A DNA stretch of 64,000 nt, taken from the NCBI GenBank assembly GCA_934772045.1, contig CAKVMH010000002.1, forward strand, positions 91,062-155,061, given 5' to 3'. The notes under the pieces are model-generated. The model had not been told where the DNA came from. It worked only from the letters and a program-made list of their open reading frames with translations, and did no database searches. The DNA is from an uncultured Clostridia bacterium. GTDB lineage: Bacteria; Bacillota; Clostridia; Christensenellales; UBA1242. The first letter of the stretch is position 1; each line of letters starts with the position of its first letter. Shown here piece by piece: positions 56,928 to 64,000 of this stretch. The position numbers and the translations under genes were made by a program.

Positions 56928-58155
56928 TGTAGTGACCTTGGGGTGCAAGGTAAATGAATATGAAAGTCAGTCCATAATGAACCAGTTAAAGCAGGCAGGT
57001 TACGAAATTTTTGAAGGGCTTGTGCCGGCAGATGTTTATGTTGTTAACACTTGCGCGGTGACAAATACAGGCGAACGCAAGTCAAAACAAGTGCTTGCAA
57101 AACTTGAAAAACTTAACCCAAACGCCAAAATTGTTGTGTGCGGTTGCGCGGTGCAAAACAACCCAGCTAAATTCTTATGCAACCCAAATGTAATTGCACT
57201 TACTGGCAATTATGGCAAACATATAATAATGGATTTTATCAACAAACAAAACAAAGTTTTGCCCGATTTAATGCACGACCATTACGACGATATGCCACGC
57301 CCAATTGAAACCCGTACAAGGCAATACATCAAAATTCAAGACGGTTGCAACTATTTCTGTTCTTACTGCCTTATTCCATATGTCCGTGGCAGGAGCCGTA
57401 GCCGTAATTTGGCCGACATTTTAGCTGAAATTCGCGACACAAAAGCAAGTGAAATTGTGCTTACAGGCATAAATATGAGCGATTATAGGATAGACGGCAA
57501 ACTTGCACTGGCAACTTTAATTAAGGAAGTTGACAAACTTAACAAGCGTTTTAGGATATCTTCAATTGAATGTAATGTGCTTGACGATGAAATGTTTGCA
57601 GTCCTTAAAGCGTGCAAAAACTTTTGCCCACATTTTCATTTAAGTTTGCAGTCCGCCTGCAACGAAACTTTAAAACGCATGAATAGGCGTTATACAATTG
57701 AAAAGTTTATTGAAATTACGGACAGAATTCGCGCAGAATTTCCAACCGCATGTATATCAACTGACCTTATTGTTGGCTTTAAAGGCGAAACCGATGAAGA
57801 GTTTAATGCAACCTACAAAAACCTTGAACGCATAGGTTTCGATTTTATGCACATTTTCCCATACAGCATACGCTCAGGCACGGTGGCCAGCAAAATGGGC
57901 GGTGATGTGTCAAGCGAAGTTGTTGCAAAAAGGGAAAAATTGTTGCAAGAATTAAACACCAAATTTAAGACAAATTTTTATTTAAAAAACAAAGGCACCA
58001 AACATAAACTGCTGGTTGAAATCGTTGACGAAAATTATTCAATAGGGTATACTGATAACTATATATACACTTACATACCTAAAAAATATAATGTTGGCGA
58101 AATTGTCGACGTTACACTTATTGAGCCATTTAAAAAGGGTATGAAAGCGGAATAA
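56917..58155 (+). CDS. mtaB: tRNA t6A37 methylthiotransferase MtaB
   Basis: UPF0004 N-domain TLGCKVNEYES, radical SAM CNYFCSYC, TRAM C-terminus. Confidence 0.85.
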   Translation: MRASVVTLGCKVNEYESQSIMNQLKQAGYEIFEGLVPADVYVVNTCAVTNTGERKSKQVLAKLEKLNPNAKIVVCGCAVQNNPAKFLCNPNVIALTGNYGKHIIMDFINKQNKVLPDLMHDHYDDMPRPIETRTRQYIKIQDGCNYFCSYCLIPYVRGRSRSRNLADILAEIRDTKASEIVLTGINMSDYRIDGKLALATLIKEVDKLNKRFRISSIECNVLDDEMFAVLKACKNFCPHFHLSLQSACNETLKRMNRRYTIEKFIEITDRIRAEFPTACISTDLIVGFKGETDEEFNATYKNLERIGFDFMHIFPYSIRSGTVASKMGGDVSSEVVAKREKLLQELNTKFKTNFYLKNKGTKHKLLVEIVDENYSIGYTDNYIYTYIPKKYNVGEIVDVTLIEPFKKGMKAE

Positions 58156-58195
58156 TTTAAGTAAAATTTCGTTAGAAATTTGAAAGAAAAACATA

Positions 58196-58247
58196 AAGGA
58201 GATTAATATATTAAGTGTGATATAAGAATCTCCTTAAAAAAGGAGAA
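58196..58247 (+). promoter_or_regulatory. Decoy-SD / anti-SD / SD arrangement upstream of the HIT gene
   Basis: AAGGAGATT (58196-58204) is the exact complement of AATCTCCTT (58227-58235). The same anti-SD can instead pair 7 bp with the real SD AAGGAGA (58240-58246), leaving a 4-nt loop. Confidence 0.35.
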
Positions 58248-58251
58248 TATT

Positions 58252-58587
58252 ATGGAAGATTGCGTATTTTGTAAAATAAGGAAAGGTGAATTGCCAAGCA
58301 CAACTCTATATAAGGATGACGATTTTATGATAATTAAGGACATCAACCCACAAGCAAAAGTTCATTTAATTGCCATTCCAACCGAGCATGTGCCAACCAT
58401 TGACATGATGACAGACGAAGGCACTGCAATGCTGGGCAAAATCATGGGTAAAATCAGCCACATGCAAGAAGAACTCGGCCTAACTAATGGCTATCGTTTG
58501 GTGGTTAATCAAGGTGAAGATGCAGGGCAAACAGTAGGTCATGTCCATATTCACATTCTTGGTGGCGAAAAATTAAAAGAATTTTAA
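58252..58587 (+). CDS. HIT-family nucleotide hydrolase
   Basis: CVFCKI and histidine triad HVHIHILGG. Confidence 0.92.
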   Translation: MEDCVFCKIRKGELPSTTLYKDDDFMIIKDINPQAKVHLIAIPTEHVPTIDMMTDEGTAMLGKIMGKISHMQEELGLTNGYRLVVNQGEDAGQTVGHVHIHILGGEKLKEF

Positions 58588-58597
58588 TTGGTGTATA

Positions 58598-59047
58598 ATG
58601 CAAGATTTTGAAATTTGTTTTGCAAAACAATCTCAGTTGAATGAAATAGTCAAGCTAAACCATTCTTTTGTTAAAGAAAATTGTTGTAATGGCGTTGTTG
58701 CTGATGATTTAGAATATTTTTCAACTAAACAAATTGCAATTGCCATTTTAAACGGCAAGATTGTGGGCTATGCATATGGTTGTTTTGAAATAGAAACAAA
58801 AAACAGAGCATATGCATCTGTTGGCGATAAAATATTTTATTTAGATGAAATGTATGTTTTGCCTAAGTTTAGGAAATTAAAATTGGGTGAGAAGTTGTTC
58901 AATTTTCTGCAGGAATATGCAAGACAAAATGGTTGTCAGTTAATCACACTTAACGCTGTTTCAAAAAACTATAAAAGCCTTTTAAAATTTTACATTGAAA
59001 ATCTAAATATGGAGTTTTGGAGTGCGTTTCTAATTAAAAAGTTATAA
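58598..59047 (+). CDS. GNAT-family N-acetyltransferase
   Basis: YVLPKFRKLKLGEKLF acetyl-CoA binding motif. 149 aa. Confidence 0.8.
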   Translation: MQDFEICFAKQSQLNEIVKLNHSFVKENCCNGVVADDLEYFSTKQIAIAILNGKIVGYAYGCFEIETKNRAYASVGDKIFYLDEMYVLPKFRKLKLGEKLFNFLQEYARQNGCQLITLNAVSKNYKSLLKFYIENLNMEFWSAFLIKKL

Positions 59048-59139
59048 TAGCAAAGCAAAAATGGACTGATGCGTCCATTTTTTTGTTTGATTGTTTGTAA
59101 CACAATACAGTGAAAAGTTTCAATGATTTAATAAATTAT

Positions 59140-59406
59140 TTAACAATTGTCATATTCATTTTTAAATTCGCCAACTTCAAGCCCTGTAATGAATGCAACT
59201 TTCAAATAATTATCATATTCAATAAAGTGCAAATAGTCCCAATGTTCACCTAAATAGTAAACTAAGTCATCAACCAATTTCTTATCTTCTTCACTTAGCA
59301 AACTTTTCAATTTTTTAGTTGTTTCTTCAATGTTTTTGTATTCGATACTAGTTTTTTCGTCGACATCCTTATATTTTCTGTGTTGTAAGACTAAATCAAT
59401 AAACAT
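59140..59406 (-). CDS. Hypothetical small acidic protein (88 aa), divergent from the XRE regulator
   Basis: Strong RBS AAAAGGAGGAAATATG. No motif recognised. Confidence 0.6.
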   Translation of the reverse strand: MFIDLVLQHRKYKDVDEKTSIEYKNIEETTKKLKSLLSEEDKKLVDDLVYYLGEHWDYLHFIEYDNYLKVAFITGLEVGEFKNEYDNC

Positions 59407-59425
59407 ATTTCCTCCTTTTAATTGA

Positions 59426-59500
59426 TTACCTAAATATCGGTAAAAATATTATATTACCGAAATATCGGTAAGTCAACCATTTTCACCTAAATAGTGGTAA
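59426..59500. promoter_or_regulatory. Three operator-like palindromes TTACC-N8-GGTAA in the divergent promoter region
   Basis: TTACCTAAATATCGGTAA at 59426-59443, TTACCGAAATATCGGTAA at 59454-59471, TCACCTAAATAGTGGTAA at 59483-59500. A fourth site, TTACCATTATTTCGGTAA, lies at 59737-59754. Confidence 0.6.
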
Positions 59501-59521
59501 AATCTTTTTAGGTGGTAAAAT

Positions 59522-59734
59522 ATGGAAACATTTTCTAAAAGATTAAAAGAGTTAAGAAAGAAGAATAAATTATCTCAACAAGAAGTATCAATCAAAACGC
59601 ATATAAGTCAATCAAATATTTCTTCCTATGAACTGGGGCAGAACAAGCCAACAATAGACGCGATAATTGCATTATGTAAATTTTTCAATGTAAGTGCAGA
59701 CTATTTAATCGGATTAACAGATGAAATTTTGTAG
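59522..59734 (+). CDS. XRE-family helix-turn-helix regulator (70 aa)
   Basis: FSKRLKELRKKNKLSQQEVS...ISSYELGQNKPT...LCKFFNVSADYLIG. Confidence 0.88.
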   Translation: METFSKRLKELRKKNKLSQQEVSIKTHISQSNISSYELGQNKPTIDAIIALCKFFNVSADYLIGLTDEIL

Positions 59735-59788
59735 CCTTACCATTATTTCGGTAAAAATATTTTTATGTTTAAAAATTTGCAAAAAACA

Positions 59789-59817
59789 TTGACAATATAT
59801 AAAATTTTTCGTATAAT
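59789..59817 (+). promoter_or_regulatory. Consensus SigA promoter for rpsU
   Basis: TTGACA (59789-59794), 17-nt spacer, TATAAT (59812-59817). Confidence 0.7.
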
Positions 59818-59854
59818 AACCTAGAATTTAGAACTAAAAGTGGGTGAATAAGGG

Positions 59855-60043
59855 ATGACTACTATTCGTTGTGGCGAAAATGAATCAATCGAAAGCGCAT
59901 TGAAACGTTTCAAACGCAAATGCCAAAAAGATGGTATTATTGGCGACTTGAAAAAGAAACAAGAATATGTTAAGCCAAGCGTTGCTAAAAAGGAAAAACA
60001 AAAAGCAGCACGCAAACGCGCTATGAAAAAATCAAGGTATTAA
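59855..60043 (+). CDS. rpsU: 30S ribosomal protein S21
   Basis: [33 protein letters not shown]. 62 aa. Confidence 0.93.
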   Translation: MTTIRCGENESIESALKRFKRKCQKDGIIGDLKKKQEYVKPSVAKKEKQKAARKRAMKKSRY

Positions 60044-60052
60044 GATTTTAAA

Positions 60053-60078
60053 TCACTGGTTTGCCAGTGATTTTTTTT
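60053..60078 (+). terminator. Intrinsic terminator after rpsU
   Basis: TCACTGG-tttg-CCAGTGA followed by T8. Confidence 0.7.
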
Positions 60079-60082
60079 GTAT

Positions 60083-60163
60083 AAAGAAAACTCCAATATA
60101 GTCTGGGGTTCGGTTGAAGTTTACCGATGAACAAAAAATCTCGTGTTCCCTTGCAAGGGAATA
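60083..60163. repeat. Unclassified structured element, copy C (module 1 only)
   Basis: Colinear with 27483-27562. Examples: CTGGGGTTCGGTTGAAGTTTACCGATGAAC against CTGGTCGTTCGGTTGATGTTTACAGATTGAC, and CGTGTTCCCTTGCAAGGGAA against CGTGTCCTCTTGCGAGTGGAAGG. Confidence 0.6.
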
Positions 60164-60530
60164 TAATTTAATAGGATAAGTTAAAAAAATATAACATTAA
60201 TTCACTTAAAAAAAAGTTAAATGTTTTACGCTTACAACATCGTTAAATTTGTTTGCGTTTGGTTTTTTTGTATGATATAATTAAAACATAAAGTTTGAAG
60301 TATAGTTTAAATGGGCACAAGGCAATTTAGCAAACGCAATGCGAACGAATGAATTACTATAAACTTTACAATACAGTACACAATGTTAAAAATTTTCAAG
60401 GTGAACCCTATGTAAAATTTTTTTTAATTGTATTTTAAGATAAATTGCATTTTCAAGCAGTTGTGTAGTAAATTTATTTACTAAAACAACAAAACAACAA
60501 ACGTTGAAGAGATTATTTTAAAGGAGCAAA

Positions 60531-62825
60531 ATGGACTACCGCACACTTTTGAACGATGAACAATATCAGGCCGTAATTTCAACCGACGGCCCTGTTTTAG
60601 TAAGCGCAGGGGCGGGCAGTGGCAAAACAAGGTTGCTTACTTATAGGATTGCATATTTAATTACCGAGCGTGGTGTGCCAGCATACAAAATTTTAGCTAT
60701 CACTTTTACAAACAAGGCAGCGGGCGAAATGAAAGAGCGCATAACCAAAATTGTTCCAGACGGCGACATGGTGACAGTTTGCACATTCCACAGTTTTTGT
60801 GCGCGCATGTTGCGCACTTACGCAAGTTTCCTTGATGGTTACAAAGAAAATTTCACAATTTTCAGTGATACGGACACAGCAAAGATTTTTAAAGATATTT
60901 TTAAACAACTTAACATTGCAGATGAAGATACAAAGTCACGTTTCAAACACAACCTTTCTACAATTAAAAACGAAAATATGTCGATTGAAGAATTTGCAAA
61001 CATTTATCGTTACGACCATACGATAAATGAATTTATTAAATTTTACAACGCTTATCAAGCCGAACTTAAAAAGAATAATGCCATGGATTTTGATGACTTG
61101 CTTATCAATTTTTATAATTTAATTTCCACTAAACGTGAAGTGTTGGACAGTATTCAAAACAAGTTCACATATTTCAGTGTTGATGAATTTCAAGACACAA
61201 ACAAACTTCAATATGACCTTATTAAATTGCTTGCTTCCCGCACACGCAATTTGCTTATTGTTGGCGATGAAGACCAGTCAATTTATGGTTGGCGCGGTGC
61301 TAACATTGACAATATTTTTAACTTCCAGCGTGATTTTAGCGACGCGAAAGTGTTTAAGTTGGAGCAAAATTATCGAAGCACCAAACAAATCCTTGACCGC
61401 GCAAATCTCATCATAAAAAATAATAAAAATAGGCTAGACAAACAATTGTACACAAAAAATGGCGACGGCAGTGAAGTGTACTATTATCCAGCGCAGAATG
61501 AAACAGATGAAGCAGACTTTGTGGTGCGCAACATCATACGCATGCACAACGCCGGCACACCTTACCACGAAATGGCAATTTTAATGCGTCTTAATGCCTT
61601 GTCGCGTGCGTTTGAAGAAAAGTTGCTTGCATATAACATTCCACACATCATGTACAATGGTTTCAAGTTTTTTGAGCGTGCCGAAATTAAAAGTGTTTTA
61701 GCGTATTTAATTGCGCTTGTTAACCCAGATGACGACATAAGTTTTTTGCGCATAATCAACTTCCCAAAACGCGGAATAGGTGACACAAGCATTGCAAAAT
61801 TAACTGAAATTGCCACGCGTGAGCGCGTTTCACTTAAATCGGTTGTTATGGACATTGACAAGCAAATTCTGCCAACCGCTTTGAAGGAAAAACTGCGTCC
61901 TTTACGCGATCTGCTTTTAGATTTAGAAGCCAACATGCAAACTATGCAAATGTATGACTTTTTTACCTACCTTTTGGAACAAACCAAAATTACACAATCA
62001 TTTGACCTAGATAACGAGCAAGAATATGAACGCTTTTTAAATGTGAACTCGCTTGCTAATTCGGTTAAAGAGTTTGAAGAGAACAATGAAAATGCCACAA
62101 TTGTGGACTATCTTCAGTCAGTAACCCTTGCTTCAGCAATGGACGACGATGATGGTGAAGGTGTGGTTATTGCAACCATTCATGGGGCGAAAGGTCTTGA
62201 ATTTGACACTGTTTTCATCGTCGGTTGCGAAGAAAAAATCTTTCCAATCAGCCGTGACGACGAAACCGATTTGGAAGAAGAGCGCAGGTTAATGTATGTG
62301 GCAGTTACGCGCGCTAAAAAGGACTTATTTTTGACATCAAGTGCGTCACGCTTTATGTATGGCAGGCGCGATTACAGCGTTAAATCACGTTTCCTATATG
62401 AACTAGGTTTAGCAAAGGAAAGGCAAATAAATTCACGCTACAATTCATATAATAATTACGATGCTGATAACGACTATTCAACCTATTCAAACCAAACTAA
62501 TCAATATAAATCAAACAACAATTACAGCACAAACAACTATAATTTTAAGAAATATAACACTAATCAAGGAGATGACATGAACAATTTACAAACAAACACT
62601 AACAAAATTTTCAATTACACATTTGGCAAGGACACTGTTACAAAAAAGGCAGTTGATTTTTCAAAAATCAAATTAGGCGCAAAGGTTAAACATCCAAAAT
62701 TTGGCGAAGGCACAATCAGTGAAATTACTCCAAACAGCAGTAACCATTGCGTCAAAATCAAATTCGACCTAGTCGGCGAAAAAATGCTTTCACTTGAATA
62801 CGCTCCAATTGAATTTATAGATTAA
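60531..62825 (+). CDS. pcrA: ATP-dependent DNA helicase PcrA/UvrD
   Basis: AGAGSGKTRLL, VDEFQDTN, IATIHGAKGLEFD, VAVTRAK. C-terminal Tudor-like KHPKFGEGTI tail. Confidence 0.93.
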   Translation: MDYRTLLNDEQYQAVISTDGPVLVSAGAGSGKTRLLTYRIAYLITERGVPAYKILAITFTNKAAGEMKERITKIVPDGDMVTVCTFHSFCARMLRTYASFLDGYKENFTIFSDTDTAKIFKDIFKQLNIADEDTKSRFKHNLSTIKNENMSIEEFANIYRYDHTINEFIKFYNAYQAELKKNNAMDFDDLLINFYNLISTKREVLDSIQNKFTYFSVDEFQDTNKLQYDLIKLLASRTRNLLIVGDEDQSIYGWRGANIDNIFNFQRDFSDAKVFKLEQNYRSTKQILDRANLIIKNNKNRLDKQLYTKNGDGSEVYYYPAQNETDEADFVVRNIIRMHNAGTPYHEMAILMRLNALSRAFEEKLLAYNIPHIMYNGFKFFERAEIKSVLAYLIALVNPDDDISFLRIINFPKRGIGDTSIAKLTEIATRERVSLKSVVMDIDKQILPTALKEKLRPLRDLLLDLEANMQTMQMYDFFTYLLEQTKITQSFDLDNEQEYERFLNVNSLANSVKEFEENNENATIVDYLQSVTLASAMDDDDGEGVVIATIHGAKGLEFDTVFIVGCEEKIFPISRDDETDLEEERRLMYVAVTRAKKDLFLTSSASRFMYGRRDYSVKSRFLYELGLAKERQINSRYNSYNNYDADNDYSTYSNQTNQYKSNNNYSTNNYNFKKYNTNQGDDMNNLQTNTNKIFNYTFGKDTVTKKAVDFSKIKLGAKVKHPKFGEGTISEITPNSSNHCVKIKFDLVGEKMLSLEYAPIEFID

Positions 62826-62833
62826 AGGGTAGT

Positions 62834-64000
62834 ATGACCAAACAAGAAAGATTAATTTACTTAACAAACGAAGTTAATAAACATAACAAAAACTATTATG
62901 TTTACGACAACCCAACAATTTCGGATGCTGAGTACGATAAACTTTATTATGAACTTGTCGACCTAGAAAAGGAACTAGGTTATTCTTTGCCGGACACACC
63001 AACAAAACGCGTTGGCGATTATGTTTTGCCAGGCTTTAAAAAACGTAAGCATGAAATTCCGCTGTACAGTTTAAATAAAGTTAAAGATTTTGCCGACCTT
63101 AACAAATGGCAAAACGACATGCGCAAAGCAACCAATAATGAAAATTTGACCTTTTCATTAGAATATAAATACGACGGCTTAAAGGTTGTAATTAAATATC
63201 AAAATGGGCATTATAAGTCCGCAACGACGCGCGGAAATGGCAAAATAGGCGAAGATGTTACTGCCCAAGTTAAAACTATTCGCAGTGTGCCATTAACCAT
63301 TCCATTCAAAGGCGTTTTGACTGTTCAAGGAGAATGTATGATGACAAATTCTGCCTTTGAAGAATACAACAAAACAGCAGAAATTCCGCTTAAGAACCCA
63401 CGCAATGGGGTGGCAGGTGCGGTGCGCAATTTAGACCCTAAAGAAACAGCTAAACGCATGTTGGACTTTTTTTGCTACGATGTTTTGGCAATTGAAGGGC
63501 AACAATTTGCCACACAAACTGAAATGCACCAGTTCATAATTTCACAAGGTTTTAAAACTGGCAATTATTTCAAAACGCTTTCAACATTAAAACAAGCCGA
63601 AGATGAAATTAACCACATCGACAAGGTTAAAGAAGGGCTTGATGTTATGATTGACGGTATGGTTATTAAAGTTAATGACTGCGCTTGTCGTGAAAATATC
63701 GGTTACACAGAAAAATTCCCTAAATGGGCAATGGCTTTCAAATTTAAACCAGTTGAACAGTCTACAACACTAAAAGATGTGTTATGGCAAGTTGGCAGGA
63801 CAGGCAAAATAACACCGATTGCAATCCTTGACCCAGTTGAATTATCTGGCGCAACAGTTAGTAGGGCAACACTAAATAACACACAAGATATTGAGCGCAA
63901 AAACATAAGTATCAACAGCAGAATTTTTGTGCGCCGTAGCAATGAAGTTATTCCAGAAGTTATGGGGCTTGCTGAACGCGCCGACAATGCCGTTGAAATA
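62834..64000 (+). CDS. ligA: NAD-dependent DNA ligase, N-terminal 389 codons (runs off window)
   Basis: Absent from the track because there is no stop. ATG 62834. YYVYDNPTISDAEYDKLY (Ia domain) and adenylation motif EYKYDGLKV. Confidence 0.9.
   Translation, partial: MTKQERLIYLTNEVNKHNKNYYVYDNPTISDAEYDKLYYELVDLEKELGYSLPDTPTKRVGDYVLPGFKKRKHEIPLYSLNKVKDFADLNKWQNDMRKATNNENLTFSLEYKYDGLKVVIKYQNGHYKSATTRGNGKIGEDVTAQVKTIRSVPLTIPFKGVLTVQGECMMTNSAFEEYNKTAEIPLKNPRNGVAGAVRNLDPKETAKRMLDFFCYDVLAIEGQQFATQTEMHQFIISQGFKTGNYFKTLSTLKQAEDEINHIDKVKEGLDVMIDGMVIKVNDCACRENIGYTEKFPKWAMAFKFKPVEQSTTLKDVLWQVGRTGKITPIAILDPVELSGATVSRATLNNTQDIERKNISINSRIFVRRSNEVIPEVMGLAERADNAVEI

Overview
AT-rich, Bacillota/Clostridia-like chromosomal segment. 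It is almost entirely housekeeping and mostly on the + strand; the organism is inferred from gene content only. Contents in order:
- A partial SLT lytic transglycosylase, dinB, engB, a DapB-like oxidoreductase and a Cys-rich hypothetical protein (-).
- A division/cell-wall (dcw) cluster: rsmH, ftsL-like, class B PBP, murE, mraY, murD, ftsW, [small insertion], murA, ftsQ, ftsA, ftsZ.
- nrdR, a PAP2 phosphatase and an ABC-F ATPase.
- A sporulation/ribosome-maturation block: yqfC/yabP-like, yqfD, a fused ybeY-era ORF, yqzL-like, recO.
- Two WG-repeat proteins, ppdK and a lipoprotein.
- tRNA-Leu(CAA) and tRNA-Cys(GCA) on the - strand.
- An AbrB-like regulator with an ABC exporter.
- ylbJ-like, patatin, pta-ackA, rpmF, plsX-rnc, rpoZ.
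- priA-def-fmt-rlmN-rpe-rsmE-mtaB, HIT, GNAT, a small XRE module, rpsU, pcrA and the start of ligA.

I see no prophage, IS element, CRISPR array, recombinase or recognisable defence system. The unusual signal is in the non-coding DNA.
1. Displaced gene 3' ends. Short extra copies of the last codons of the Cys-rich gene (4184..4849) and of ftsW lie downstream of the intact genes. They differ from the intact copies only at synonymous codon positions; the shortest ftsW stub also has conservative changes. tRNA-Leu likewise has extra copies of its 3' end plus terminator and of its 5' half. At ftsW the duplication brackets a 123-aa cargo gene.
2. A family of hairpin repeats with a conserved GAGC(A/G)AAGCGAAG-like loop and variable, compensating stems. 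One subfamily always sits directly after a stop codon in one orientation. Another fills a 320-bp gap inside the dcw cluster.
3. An unclassified structured element of about 80-200 nt at three loci (27.5 kb, 35.7 kb, 60.1 kb). Two of its hairpins keep their position but change sequence between copies.

All functional readings of these three signals are inference and need database searches or comparative checks.
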